From Myxococcota bacterium (GTDB lineage Bacteria > Myxococcota_A > UBA796 > GCA-2862545), in assembly GCA_039208735.1 (NCBI GenBank), contig JBCCQY010000018.1, positions 19,702 to 83,701 on the forward strand: 64,000 nucleotides of DNA, written 5' to 3'. Below the pieces are notes generated by a model. The model did no database searches, was not told the DNA's origin, and worked only from the letters and a program-made list of their open reading frames with translations. Position numbers and translations under genes: made by a program. Below, piece by piece: positions 10,087 to 20,346 of the stretch; position 1 is the stretch's first letter, and every line of letters starts with the position of its first letter.

Positions 10087-10629
10087 TCACTCTGCCTCTA
10101 GAAGACGCTGGCAAAGCGTATGTGCATCGTCGAACGCCAGGGGATGGCTCTTCATCGTCCACCCCTGGCAGGACCTACCGCGATGGGAAGAATCGTGGAG
10201 GTACGGTCGCTGTTCAATGATAATCTGGCTCACCGCCCGATCACAAGGCCGCCAAGCCCTCGGGAGAAGCGGCTCGAACAATTGCTGCGGGCGCCTCAAC
10301 ACAGCGAGCAATCGGTGCTCGATTCCCTCGCGCACGACCACCGCACATGCGCCCTCTAGACAAGTGAGGGGATAGGTTCCACCACATGCGCCGTTGGCCC
10401 GACCAAGGAGTCGCGCCAGATCTTGGTGCCAATCCCCGATGGCCTGACGCTCGGGCATCTCTGCGGTCGCTGGACGTTCCTCACTGAACGTTCGAGACAG
10501 GGGTTGGACCTTCGGCGAGGCCCGCACGAGCTGAGCCGGAGCGTCGGGTGGCGGCAGGAACCACCACAGTGCGCAGCAGGCAAGGGCGATTGTGAGCACG
10601 CTAACGAAAGCAAGAAGGCGGCGAAGCAC
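10087..10629 (-). CDS. Hypothetical membrane-anchored Cys-containing protein
   Basis: N-terminal hydrophobic helix; ORF fills the gap convergent with the peptidase. Confidence 0.55.
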   Translation of the reverse strand: MLRRLLAFVSVLTIALACCALWWFLPPPDAPAQLVRASPKVQPLSRTFSEERPATAEMPERQAIGDWHQDLARLLGRANGACGGTYPLTCLEGACAVVVREGIEHRLLAVLRRPQQLFEPLLPRAWRPCDRAVSQIIIEQRPYLHDSSHRGRSCQGWTMKSHPLAFDDAHTLCQRLLEAE

Positions 10630-10831
10630 GGAATCACGTCACGAAGAGTGGCACGGAGCGGCGAGGTAACTGTTTCGAATCCGACAACGACCAAGACTCA
10701 TCATTTTAGCACGCCGCATGAGGCGTATGCGAGCCTCCCCTCCGCGCGGCGTAAGGGAAGGGTTAGGGAACCGCCTCGATCCACCCCAGTGCCCAAGCTA
10801 GCTCCGCAACAGGGTCAACGAGGAGGAACGG

Positions 10832-11545
10832 GTGACGCAGACGAAGTTGCGAGTGGGCGTGGTCGCCATGGTTGGATTGTTGGCGGCGTGCACTGGGGCC
10901 GACGACGATGCGCCTCGCCAAAGCCCGGAGGTCCGCAATCTGACGGGAACCGCGGCCGCATTGGCCGAGGTCATCGAGAAGGGGCTGCGGCACAACAACG
11001 GCTACATGGACGCCTACGAGCGTGCCCGGAATTCGATGCTTGGCATGGGCGACGATGGCGCCGCCTTTGCCGGAGACAAAACCTCGATCTCGGGCAACAT
11101 CGAGGCCGACCTTGAACAAGACGGCACCAGGGAAACGGCATTGTTCATGACCGTTAGGGGAGAACGCGACACGTTCGGCTCAAAGCTGACCGCATCGGTG
11201 AGCCAGGGGTCGATGCCGGGCGATGACCTCATCTCGATCTTCGCCGACGTACGGATCGACATTGGTAAAATGTCGGTCGAAGCCGAAAACATCTCGGGCT
11301 CCTACGAAGGTGAAGAAGCCAGCGTGTTCCTCTCCGACGGGCAGCTTTCGTACCCCATCATGGGCCCCTCGACGGGAGATGTCATCGGCACGGTGCAGTA
11401 CTCGGCCTACGATGACTCCTTCGCGGAGTTCTTGGTGGGGGAGATGGCGGCTGAGGTCGCAGATGACGGCTTCAACGTTCGCGTGACCATCGACGACGAT
11501 CCAAAGACCCCCGAAGATGAGTCGGACTCCTTCGTGGTGCTGTAG
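10832..11545 (+). CDS. Hypothetical lipoprotein
   Basis: GAGGAGG RBS, lipobox LLAAC, acidic mature region. Confidence 0.7.
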   Translation: MTQTKLRVGVVAMVGLLAACTGADDDAPRQSPEVRNLTGTAAALAEVIEKGLRHNNGYMDAYERARNSMLGMGDDGAAFAGDKTSISGNIEADLEQDGTRETALFMTVRGERDTFGSKLTASVSQGSMPGDDLISIFADVRIDIGKMSVEAENISGSYEGEEASVFLSDGQLSYPIMGPSTGDVIGTVQYSAYDDSFAEFLVGEMAAEVADDGFNVRVTIDDDPKTPEDESDSFVVL

Positions 11546-11628
11546 GCACATCGACACGCCTCGTTCGTTGTCGATGGGCTCGGTCGACGATGCCTAAGAC
11601 AAACGGCCGTCAAAGCGACCTCACACGG

Positions 11629-11659
11629 ACTTGACCAAGAGAAAGGGTCCAAGTAGAGG
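11629..11659 (+). promoter_or_regulatory. Putative promoter/autorepression operator of the TA operon
   Basis: TTGACC (11631) followed 17 nt later by TAGAGG; imperfect IR ACTTGACC...GGTCCAAGT overlaps it. Confidence 0.4.
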
Positions 11660-11664
11660 AGGGC

Positions 11665-11889
11665 ATGAAGACGGCCAACATCCATGAAGCCAAGGCGCAC
11701 CTTTCCGAACTCGTCGAACGAGCATTGAAAGGGGAGGAAGTCATCATTGCAAAGCGCGGTGTGCCCATGGTTCGGCTGGTCGCCGTGACCCCTCCGAGTA
11801 GCCGTCGGTTCCTCGGATCTCGCAAGGGTCAAATCCGCGTGGCCGAGGACTTTGACGCCCCCCTCGACGACTTCGCCGATTACCGATGA
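11665..11889 (+). CDS. Phd/YefM family antitoxin
   Basis: NIHEAKAHLSELVERALKGEEVIIAKRGVPMVRLV; C-terminal DFDAPL. Confidence 0.92.
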   Translation: MKTANIHEAKAHLSELVERALKGEEVIIAKRGVPMVRLVAVTPPSSRRFLGSRKGQIRVAEDFDAPLDDFADYR

Positions 11890-12275
11890 GACCCTTGCTC
11901 CTGGACACCCACGCCCTGCTGTGGCTCCTCACCGACGATCCAAAGTTCGGCTCGAAAGCCAAAACCGCCTTTCTCGATCCCTCCCGGCCCGTGCGGCTGA
12001 GCATTGCAAGCCTGTGGGAAATGGCCATCAAAATCAGTATTGGGAAGCTTTCGGTTGACTTTTCGCTGCACGATCTGGTGCAGCATGACCTTCCCGCCCA
12101 GTCGATCGATCTGCTAAACATCGAGCCGCGACACATCGAGCGCGTGGTGAGCTTACCGTTTCACCATCGCGACCCCTTCGATCGGGTGCTGGTTGCGCAG
12201 GCCCACGCGGACGGGCTCCTCATTGCAAGCGGGGACGTGACTCTCGACGCTTATGGGGTGACCCGCATTTGGTAG
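11886..12275 (+). CDS. vapC: PIN-domain VapC toxin
   Basis: LLDTHALLW, SIASLWEMAIK, HRDPFDR; ATGA overlap with the antitoxin. Confidence 0.92.
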   Translation: MRPLLLDTHALLWLLTDDPKFGSKAKTAFLDPSRPVRLSIASLWEMAIKISIGKLSVDFSLHDLVQHDLPAQSIDLLNIEPRHIERVVSLPFHHRDPFDRVLVAQAHADGLLIASGDVTLDAYGVTRIW

Positions 12276-12397
12276 ATTCACGAGCTGGACAAGACACCGA
12301 CCCAGCGCGTTCCTTCCCGATTGAGCGCAACGTTTGGTGGCAAAGTGTCCGGCTCCCGTTTTGCCATGGTGTAGAACCCTGGAAAAGGGAGCAGAGC

Positions 12398-14179
12398 ATG
12401 ATTTGGCTTGTGGTGGGGTTCTTGGCCTGCGGAAAGTCCGTTCCTGTCTATGGTGTGGAGCCTACCGCGCCATCAGCCGCCACGGTCACCTTTGGCTTTG
12501 CCCCCGAAGCGGGCCCCGTCGCGCGCACGCGGATGGTGCGGTCGATCATCGAGGCTCCGGGACCGGTTCGAGGAACCGTGGTGTCCTGGAACGAGCAGGT
12601 GCAAGCCGAACGAGACGGAGCAGGATTTCGCCTGCGCATTCAACGGGAGGCGCCGGAGGTTCAGAGCGTTGGGCTGCCCAACGGAGACCAAATGCAAGCC
12701 GCCCTCTTCCAGCATCGGTTGCTTCCCCGAGACCAGACGATGCGGATTTCGGGCGGAGGGGCCTTCGAACGCCTCACGTTTAAGGATGTCGAAGCAACCC
12801 TTCAGGGGGTTCGCGATGACCTGTCTGGTGCAGTGCTGGAAGGGGAGCAGGCCGATGACGTCCTGGCGGCGTTCCATGGGATGGTCACCTCGGAGAACCT
12901 AAACGCACTCGCAAACAACGAATGGTCGTTGGGGTCAGGATTCTTTGCCGGAAATCCCACGCTGGAATTCGGCGAGACGTATGCATTAAAGAGTGCCTCT
13001 CCGCTGCCCCTGATGGGGCCGCAGCCGGTGTCGTCCAACGTGAACTTCGTGGTCCTCAGACCGGTCGCCTGCCATGCGGAAGCTTCGAGCTTCGATTGTG
13101 TTGAGTTGGTCGTGTACACCGAACTCGACGGGGAGGCGGTCGCCGAGCGGATTTCGGCCCTGATGGCGACCGCCGGCCCCGGTCCGAAGATTGAGTCGAT
13201 CGAAAGTCTGGAACGGGCCGAGGTTATCATCAACCCTGCAACCCTTTCGATCTGGCGCTCCGTGAAGGAACGAACCGTTCAGATGCGGATCGGCGACGAG
13301 GACATTCGCCGGCGGTTCGTCACCGTCGACGAACGGATTCATGAAGGACGGGCCTCCAGTCGGCCATCCACATCCCTGGTCGACGCACGATCGCAACGGA
13401 CCACCAATGTCACCCCAAGCCCAAGTGCATCACCGCCTGCGACCCCCGAGGCACCCTTCGCGTTGGTTCAGTATCCATCCCCGGTGGGCTCTCTTGCTGC
13501 CTATGTGACGGAGGACCCCCAAGATGGAAAGCGTCATCCCGCCATTGTTTGGATCACTGGTGGGGACTGCAACACCATCAGTGACGTTTGGACCCCGCAG
13601 CCGAGAGAAAACGACCAGAGTGCAGCAGCCTACCGCGAACGCGGAATGGTGATATTGTTCCCCTCGCTTCGGGGTGGCAACGACAATCCCGGAAAGCGAG
13701 AGGGGTTCTTGGGCGAAGTCGATGACGTGCTCGCTGCCACCACCTTCCTTGCCTCGCTGCCCTACGTCGACCCCGACCGCATTTACCTAGGAGGCCACAG
13801 CACCGGTGGTACGCTTGCGCTCTTGGTGGCCGCCTCGACGGACCGCTACCGGGGTGTTTTCGCCTTTGGGCCGGTGGGAACGCCGCTTGGCTACGGAGGC
13901 GAGTTTACGTACGCGGACATGTCTGATCCTTGGGAGCGCCGTTTGCGGGAGCCTCGAAACTGGATCCATGCCATCACGTCACCGACGTGGATCTTTGAGG
14001 GGCGTGACGGAAACATCGACGCCTTGTGGTCGTTGAAGACCTGGGCGGGTGAGGCGCCCATCACGTTCGTTGAGCTGCCTGGTGATCACTTTGACGGCTT
14101 GGCGCCGACCAACGAGGGGCTTGCCGCTGCGATCCTGGACGGCACCATTGGTCCGGCTCCGACGGGCGCGACCCCGTAG
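12398..14179 (+). CDS. Lipoprotein: unknown N-terminal domain fused to an alpha/beta-hydrolase (S9-like)
   Basis: MIWLVVGFLAC lipobox; Pro/Ser linker; LRGGNDNPG, VDPDRIYLGGHSTGG, GDHF. Confidence 0.8.
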   Translation: MIWLVVGFLACGKSVPVYGVEPTAPSAATVTFGFAPEAGPVARTRMVRSIIEAPGPVRGTVVSWNEQVQAERDGAGFRLRIQREAPEVQSVGLPNGDQMQAALFQHRLLPRDQTMRISGGGAFERLTFKDVEATLQGVRDDLSGAVLEGEQADDVLAAFHGMVTSENLNALANNEWSLGSGFFAGNPTLEFGETYALKSASPLPLMGPQPVSSNVNFVVLRPVACHAEASSFDCVELVVYTELDGEAVAERISALMATAGPGPKIESIESLERAEVIINPATLSIWRSVKERTVQMRIGDEDIRRRFVTVDERIHEGRASSRPSTSLVDARSQRTTNVTPSPSASPPATPEAPFALVQYPSPVGSLAAYVTEDPQDGKRHPAIVWITGGDCNTISDVWTPQPRENDQSAAAYRERGMVILFPSLRGGNDNPGKREGFLGEVDDVLAATTFLASLPYVDPDRIYLGGHSTGGTLALLVAASTDRYRGVFAFGPVGTPLGYGGEFTYADMSDPWERRLREPRNWIHAITSPTWIFEGRDGNIDALWSLKTWAGEAPITFVELPGDHFDGLAPTNEGLAAAILDGTIGPAPTGATP

Positions 14180-14384
14180 CCGACGGGAGCCGGCAACCTG
14201 GCGAGAAGCTGCGGTCGTAGCCACGATGCGCCGCCGGGACCTTCACGGCCAGTGCGTCCACGACGAAATCTGGGATCTCCCCGTTCCCGCAGCTCCCCTC
14301 GTCGTCGAGGTCGAACTCACCCGTTGAGGGTGGGCTTTCCCATTTCGGAGACCACAGCTAAAGCTCGACCTGCAGGAGGTCGAC

Positions 14385-15356
14385 GTGGCCAAGCGGTTGG
14401 AGACTCTGATCGACGGCACCCCAGAGGCGGATGGGGTCATCGCGATGCTGAATTCGGAGTCGACAACGTTCGACCTCCTTGACGGGGAGGTCGGGTTGGA
14501 CCGCAGGGCCGCCCAGAACCTGGTAGCGCGCCGTGAAGGGCCGCAAGGGCGGTTTCAGACGGTTCATGATCTCGACGCGGTTCCGTGGGTCGGTGAAGCG
14601 GCCCTCCAGCGGCTGCTCGATTACGCCCGTAGAGCAGGATGGGTACGGATTCAGTTTCGCTACGGGCGTGTCGAAGGGGTGGATTTCACGACGTTTCAGG
14701 CGTGGGCGACGGTGCAGCTTGCGAATGAGGGGTCGAGACAGGTCCTCGACGAACAGGTACCGCTCGACCGACGAGCTGCAGGTGCCCTCGTCAATGGTCG
14801 CCCATTCGCCACCGTCGAGGAGGTTGCACAGGCGTTCTATGTCGGCCCGGCCGGCCTTGCCGCACTTCGGGATTTCGCGGAACGGTGGAGTGGACCAGGA
14901 CTTTTGTCCACGGACGCAGCCCAAGCTGTGTTGGGCGACGCGACGGTCGGCCTGGTCCACGTCAGCGACATTGACGAGCGACTCACCGTGGTCACCATCC
15001 GCGGTGTGGCTTCGATCAATTCGGATTCCGCCGAGCAGGTTCTCGCGGGGGTGTATGTGCCGAGGGCGGGCGAGGCGACCCTTGCCGATCGCGTCGTCGA
15101 GGAGGTGACCCTTGCTCGCTACTTCGACGGCTACACGGTCGAAGACCCGTTTTGGGATGACGACCACCGAGCCGCGGCCCGGCGATGGCGACTGCTTAGG
15201 GCCATCGTCGAGGAGCAACTCATCGCTTCGACCGTGCTTCGGCTCGGCGAATACGCCGTGGGCCCAGGAGTCGGGGGGGGCATCGACATCTTCGTGCTTG
15301 GAACCACGACAGACGGCGACCTGACCGGTTTCGCAACCATCTCTGTCGAGCCTTAA
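14385..15356 (+). CDS. Helix-hairpin-helix repeats fused to a nuclease A inhibitor (NuiA)-like domain
   Basis: Two LDRRAA...F.TV..L/V...VG.A units; C-terminal GLVHVSDID...VEEVTL..YF...IDIFVLGTTTDGDLTG..T.SVE. Confidence 0.7.
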   Translation: MAKRLETLIDGTPEADGVIAMLNSESTTFDLLDGEVGLDRRAAQNLVARREGPQGRFQTVHDLDAVPWVGEAALQRLLDYARRAGWVRIQFRYGRVEGVDFTTFQAWATVQLANEGSRQVLDEQVPLDRRAAGALVNGRPFATVEEVAQAFYVGPAGLAALRDFAERWSGPGLLSTDAAQAVLGDATVGLVHVSDIDERLTVVTIRGVASINSDSAEQVLAGVYVPRAGEATLADRVVEEVTLARYFDGYTVEDPFWDDDHRAAARRWRLLRAIVEEQLIASTVLRLGEYAVGPGVGGGIDIFVLGTTTDGDLTGFATISVEP

Positions 15357-15375
15357 GCAAACGCCGCTACCTGGG

Positions 15376-16248
15376 TCAGCGTGCGCGCCCAATACCTAGG
15401 GTTTCTGCAATATTGGCCTGCGGCACCAACTTGGGCACCAAGGTGCCATCCGTGGCGGTGAGCAGGCTTGTGACGCCCGGGCCGTGCCCCCCTTTGAAAC
15501 TATCGCCGTGGATAATGATGCCAATGATCACGCCGCCCTTCTTGGTTGTCCAGCCATGGGTGGCGTGGTGGTCTGTGATGGCCACGAAGTCACCGAGTCG
15601 CAACGTGGCCAGTCCGTGCTCGGCAAGAAGATCGTTGTCGGCCGTCTGAATGTCGTAGTCGCCAGCGAACGGCATGCTGCTACCAATGCCCGAACCCATC
15701 AGGCCTCCCGGAACAATGGCAACAACCGGCACATGCAGCTTGCCGCCGACCTCCTCGATCCCCATCTTTACGAGCAGTCCGGGGTCCAAGTTCCAGGGCT
15801 TCACCGTTGGGTAATCGAGGAGTTCAAGCCCCGGGCCAACCGAGCGAACGAGGAGTTTGTCCTCGTAGGACATTCGTTCCAACACCTCGTCAGCGAAATC
15901 GACCATCACCGTCTCGATCCCGCCGTGCTTGCCGGTGACCACCCCTTCTTCGCCCTTTGCATCGCCACTCATGATGCGTACGCGATTGCCGACACACGCA
16001 AAACCCTGCAACGCAAAGTTCGGATCCTTTCGTCCTCCCTGGCCTGCGATCATAGAAACGCAGGGCTCAAGATGATCAGCCGGCCAACCGTAGACCGAAT
16101 CGCCAACCTTCACATTGTAAAGAATGCCGCCGGTTCGATGACTAAAGAATGGCTCCCCTTCATGAGAGACCTGCCACGAACTGCCGGTAGGGTGGCGAGG
16201 CTTGCCGGGAACAGCCATGTGCGGAAGACGGTCTTCGTTTGTGCGCAT
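15376..16248 (-). CDS. DUF4438-family protein
   Basis: GGILYNVKVGDS, DHLEP, ACVGN, VTGKHGGIE, MGSGIG, DYDI, GHGPGVT; likely start MRTN at 16248. Confidence 0.8.
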   Translation of the reverse strand: MRTNEDRLPHMAVPGKPRHPTGSSWQVSHEGEPFFSHRTGGILYNVKVGDSVYGWPADHLEPCVSMIAGQGGRKDPNFALQGFACVGNRVRIMSGDAKGEEGVVTGKHGGIETVMVDFADEVLERMSYEDKLLVRSVGPGLELLDYPTVKPWNLDPGLLVKMGIEEVGGKLHVPVVAIVPGGLMGSGIGSSMPFAGDYDIQTADNDLLAEHGLATLRLGDFVAITDHHATHGWTTKKGGVIIGIIIHGDSFKGGHGPGVTSLLTATDGTLVPKLVPQANIAETLGIGRAR

Positions 16249-16306
16249 GGGGCCTGTTATCCAACTCCGCGACAGACCGGCTGGATGTGACGCATCTGAC
16301 GGCACT

Positions 16307-16612
16307 CTAATCAGCGGGTGGAACATCGCCTGTGAGTGGAGCTTCATCGGACGGACGGTCTTGCTTCACCGCCAGTTTCGCTGCCTCGTGAGCGGCAAGG
16401 ATGCGCCGGGCATGTGGCAGGAATGCACGACCTGCCTCCGTGAGTTTGACCCCCCGAGCGCGTCGCTCGAACAACGTCGCACCGAGCTCCGCCTCTAGGG
16501 CCTGGATCCGACGCGTAAGCGGCGGCTGGGTCACGTGAAGTCGAGGTGCGGCCCGAACAAAGGCCCCTTCCTCAGCTAGCACAACAAAACTGCGGATGTG
16601 GACGTCGGACAT
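16307..16612 (-). CDS. LysR-type HTH-only regulator (no substrate-binding domain)
   Basis: FVRAAPRLHVTQPPLTRRIQALEAELGATLFERRARGVKLTEAG; stop after about 101 aa. Confidence 0.8.
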   Translation of the reverse strand: MSDVHIRSFVVLAEEGAFVRAAPRLHVTQPPLTRRIQALEAELGATLFERRARGVKLTEAGRAFLPHARRILAAHEAAKLAVKQDRPSDEAPLTGDVPPAD

Positions 16613-16658
16613 CGGACCAGCCCCGTCGCTCCGTATCGCGGTCCAACGCGGACGGCAT

Positions 16659-16673
16659 ATGCGACCTTGGTAT
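16659..16673. promoter_or_regulatory. LysR-type T-N11-A box (ATGC-N7-GTAT)
   Basis: ATGCGACCTTGGTAT lies between the divergent LysR-HTH and map genes. Confidence 0.5.
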
Positions 16674-16707
16674 GGGTCGCGTGGCGCCATTCGAGCGAAG
16701 AAGTGCC

Positions 16708-17496
16708 ATGGAACTCGTCAATCTCTCTGGTATGCGCCGGGCTGGCCGCTCGGCCGCCGCCACCCTCGCCAATGCGGCTCGCATCCTACGTCCTGGCCTC
16801 GCGACCGCTGCCATCGACCGGCTCGTCCGCACGGACACCAAGCGGCGAGGAGGCCGCCCCAGCCAACTCGGCTATCACGGCTTTCCAGCCTCCGTTTGTG
16901 TGAGCCGCAACCACGTGGTCTGCCACGGGATTCCCAAGGACAGCGAAATCCTGGAAGACGGCGACATCGTGAACATCGACGTCACCACCGAGCTGGACGG
17001 CTGGAACGGCGACTGTTCCGCCACCTTCTTCGTGGGCCGACCTTCCCCCGAGGCCACACACGTGGTCGACGTGGCCCGCCGCTGTCGAGACGTCGGCATC
17101 GCGGCCGTTCAGCCGGGAGCAACGATCGGAGATATCGCCGCGGTGATCATGGAGCTCGCCGCCAGCGAAGGCTGTTCGATCGTCGAGGAGTACGGCGGTC
17201 ACGGCATCGGCCGTAAGATGCATCAGCCTCCCTCGGTGATGTACGTGGGCGAACGTGGAGATGGGATGGTGCTTCGCCCGGGCATGGCGATCACCATCGA
17301 GCCCATGATCAACCTGGGGAGTTCGACGGTCCGAGTGTTGGATGATGGCTGGACCGTCGTCACGGCCGATGGCCAGCTTTCCGCCCAGTTCGAGCACACC
17401 GTCGTGGTGACCGAAGAGGGCGCGGTCGTCACCACCCGCGGCCCCGTGTCGGCAGGTGGCACGGCGGGGCGCCGGTCGGGACGTCGCCGTCGCTAA
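16708..17496 (+). CDS. map: Type I methionine aminopeptidase
   Basis: SVCVSRNHVVCHGIP, GDIVNIDVT, GHGIG, ITIEPM, SAQFEHT; alternative start at 16672. Confidence 0.93.
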   Translation: MELVNLSGMRRAGRSAAATLANAARILRPGLATAAIDRLVRTDTKRRGGRPSQLGYHGFPASVCVSRNHVVCHGIPKDSEILEDGDIVNIDVTTELDGWNGDCSATFFVGRPSPEATHVVDVARRCRDVGIAAVQPGATIGDIAAVIMELAASEGCSIVEEYGGHGIGRKMHQPPSVMYVGERGDGMVLRPGMAITIEPMINLGSSTVRVLDDGWTVVTADGQLSAQFEHTVVVTEEGAVVTTRGPVSAGGTAGRRSGRRRR

Positions 17497-17504
17497 AGCC
17501 AATT

Positions 17505-18914
17505 CTAAAGGTCTGACCTCCAAATCAGAACCATTCCCAGGGCCCATGCCGCGAGAGCCCACATCCCGAGCGACCGAAGGGGAGTTCCAATCCGGACTGC
17601 GTCCGGCACAAAGGGCATGGAAGACTCCCGCAACAGCGCCTCGAAGTCGGCCACGCCAAGCTCACGCTGAGACCCCGTTTCCTCCAACAACCAGGTGATT
17701 CGCTGACGCGTGGAGCGGATCACGTGTCCCCGAAACGCCACCGCCACTTCCTGGCCCACCCCGGCGAGTCCCTCGAACCCCTGCGCCAACGCAATGGCGG
17801 GCGATGCCCACACCGTCCAGGCGATAGCTCGAGCGGTTTCAGCCTCCCGCGCCATCTGGGCCTCATGGCTCTCCTCAACCAGCGCGAAGGTGAGCCCTGC
17901 AAAGATTGGATCACGGATCGGCCGGGGAAGATCATCGGCTTGAAAAGCGGGCAACCCGGCCGCGGCGGGAAACGTTCCCCGCAGCCTGGCTCTCAACTCG
18001 TCAGGCTCCAACTTGAAGATTGCGTACTGTTGCGTCCGCACCGACATGGACCGATCGACCGCGTACTCCGCACTCACCTGCGCGAGCGCCCACTCCGACA
18101 TCGCTGCCGGCAAGACGACACACAACAGCGCCCAGACCAGTCCGTACGAAAACGCGCCATCCTGTAGGCGAGATGCGGTGGCCCCCGTCGCCAGCGACAC
18201 GCCGCCCCAGAACACGGTGTAGAGCACCGCCAAGCCCACCAGGCCCGCCGTAGACTCAAGGTCCGGACGCGCTCCTCCCACGCAGGCCCCACAGACCGCA
18301 ACGACCACCGTGGCCGCGATTCCTGTCACCACCACCGTTCGGGCGACAAACCAGAACCCAGCCCGCCCGGCCTGTACCGCAACGGCGCGGTCCACCGCGT
18401 GTTCGCGCTCCCACGAGCCAATGCCCAGGCCCAAGATGCCCACCAGGATGGGGATGAAGAGAACGAAGACGAACACGAGGTCGAGGGACGCGGCCCGCGA
18501 AAACTCAGGGTTCTCGATTCGAACCCCCTCGGCGTTGGAGGGGTTGGCCCAGCGATCGAGCTTGATGGCTACCGGAGCCTCGTCCACTGCACCCGCGGCA
18601 ATCCCTGCCAGCGGCGCGGGATGGCGCACCAGCCTCGTACCCGCACGAACGTCCTGCCAGGCCGGCTGGGTAATGTCGATCCAATCCTGGTCCTCAGGCC
18701 CCTTCTGACCCCGCTCGAACCAGCCTCTGACCTCCGCTACGGCCTTGGCCTCTTCTTGTTTCGCGGACTGGACGGCGGCGACCCATTCCCCATGGGAACG
18801 TTGCCCCACGGCCAGTGCGTAGAGGCTCGCCCCCACGAACAACCCGATGATCAGGAGGACCGCCGGCGAACGCCTCGTCATCCGGAGCTGATGCTGAAAC
18901 GCTGCACCGATCAC
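17505..18914 (-). CDS. ABC transporter permease, DUF3526-type
   Basis: Multiple TM helices, IENP..LDLVFV, SPA motif; GTGA overlap with the upstream permease. Confidence 0.8.
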   Translation of the reverse strand: MIGAAFQHQLRMTRRSPAVLLIIGLFVGASLYALAVGQRSHGEWVAAVQSAKQEEAKAVAEVRGWFERGQKGPEDQDWIDITQPAWQDVRAGTRLVRHPAPLAGIAAGAVDEAPVAIKLDRWANPSNAEGVRIENPEFSRAASLDLVFVFVLFIPILVGILGLGIGSWEREHAVDRAVAVQAGRAGFWFVARTVVVTGIAATVVVAVCGACVGGARPDLESTAGLVGLAVLYTVFWGGVSLATGATASRLQDGAFSYGLVWALLCVVLPAAMSEWALAQVSAEYAVDRSMSVRTQQYAIFKLEPDELRARLRGTFPAAAGLPAFQADDLPRPIRDPIFAGLTFALVEESHEAQMAREAETARAIAWTVWASPAIALAQGFEGLAGVGQEVAVAFRGHVIRSTRQRITWLLEETGSQRELGVADFEALLRESSMPFVPDAVRIGTPLRSLGMWALAAWALGMVLIWRSDL

Positions 18915-20332
18915 GCCGCCTCCTGGGTCTCGAGACGACGAGCCTGCAGCCCTAGGAGGGCCAGTCCGACCATAAACCAACCCACAAGCGCCAGGATCTC
19001 AATGCTTCGACCGCCCAGTACGGACGTCAGCGGTGGCACTCGGTGTTCGTAGGCCCCAAGATCGGCCAGAAACGCCGCATCAGCCTTCCAAGACCAATCT
19101 CCGGACTTCGAGCCTCCATAGGCATGTTCGTGGTTCAGCGCCTCCACCCAGGCTCGGCGATAGTCCTCCACCGCGCGTTGAAACGCAAGATCATGAGCCA
19201 AGTCGGTTCCGGCCAGGCTCATCGAGAGGCCATCGATGGCTTGGTAAGGATTGACCAATGCCGCGATGCGCCCGACCTGGGCCTGCCGGTCGAAGGTGGC
19301 GTGCAGGCGCCCGTAGTGTTCGTCCCAGACCGGGTTTCCATATTCCTCGTCGAGCTGCATCACGATGCCGGTGAAGTTGATTGGCAAGTCCTCGGTCTTC
19401 TCGACGCTGTACTCGGCCAGGACCTGCTCGCGAATCTCGTCGATCCGCTTGTCCAAGGGGTTGTGCCCGTCGATTTTCTTGCCCTTGTCCTCGAACATTG
19501 CGGACCGGAACGCATCCCGCGTAGGCAGTGTCGCCACCTGCGAAGCCATCGTGGTCGTCACCCTCGGAAGGACCGCCGTTCCCGCCACCCAACTCAGGAG
19601 GACGACCAGCAGTGCCATACCTGGAGACCGAGTGGCATAGGAGACCCCGACGGTGGTCGCCGAGATGACCCCGTAGAACAGAGCGTAGAACGCCCCCATG
19701 CCCACAAGGCGGTCCACCGCCACCGACGCGATGGTCTGGGGATCCGCGGCGATGGCGGCGACCGCGACCGTAGCCATCAGCAACAGGCCCACCGACCACA
19801 GGGCGAGGAACCGTCCCACGACCCAGGCACGGGGGGACGCGCCGTGGGCGAGCGCCCACCGGAATCGGCCCGAGGCACGGTCAGATGCAGTGGCCGTCGC
19901 CCCCATCAACAGAACGAGCAACGGCCCAACAACCTGCAGCAGGAAAGCCGGATCGAACCTTCCGAAACGAGTGATGGACCCTGCGTTGGCCGACGCGGTG
20001 TGGATCGGGATGCCCTGCGCATGGCCCTCGACCCGAAGCACCCGCCCGAGCGAAGCCTGGACCCCTCCGTCAATACGAGCCAGGGGGCCGCTGGGTCGGA
20101 ACACGAAGTCCCCGAAATGGGCCATCCCATGAGGATTGGCGGCCCCCTGCGCGAGCCAATCTGCCCGCGCCTGCGCCGACGCCGCCCGCTGGGCTTCCAC
20201 TTGGCGCCGATCCAACGATGCCGACCACCACGAGGCAGCTCCCAACACGAGGAGCACTGCGAAGAGAGCCCCCACGATCCGGGGCGACCTTAGGGTGCGC
20301 ATCCACTCGAGGCGGAACAAGACCAGGGCCAT
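18911..20332 (-). CDS. ABC transporter permease, DUF3526 family
   Basis: NPHGMAHFG, EGHAQ, RFGRFDPAFLLQ, DGHNP, SMSLAGTD. Confidence 0.85.
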   Translation of the reverse strand: MALVLFRLEWMRTLRSPRIVGALFAVLLVLGAASWWSASLDRRQVEAQRAASAQARADWLAQGAANPHGMAHFGDFVFRPSGPLARIDGGVQASLGRVLRVEGHAQGIPIHTASANAGSITRFGRFDPAFLLQVVGPLLVLLMGATATASDRASGRFRWALAHGASPRAWVVGRFLALWSVGLLLMATVAVAAIAADPQTIASVAVDRLVGMGAFYALFYGVISATTVGVSYATRSPGMALLVVLLSWVAGTAVLPRVTTTMASQVATLPTRDAFRSAMFEDKGKKIDGHNPLDKRIDEIREQVLAEYSVEKTEDLPINFTGIVMQLDEEYGNPVWDEHYGRLHATFDRQAQVGRIAALVNPYQAIDGLSMSLAGTDLAHDLAFQRAVEDYRRAWVEALNHEHAYGGSKSGDWSWKADAAFLADLGAYEHRVPPLTSVLGGRSIEILALVGWFMVGLALLGLQARRLETQEAA

Positions 20333-20346
20333 GGCGAAAGCCTCCT

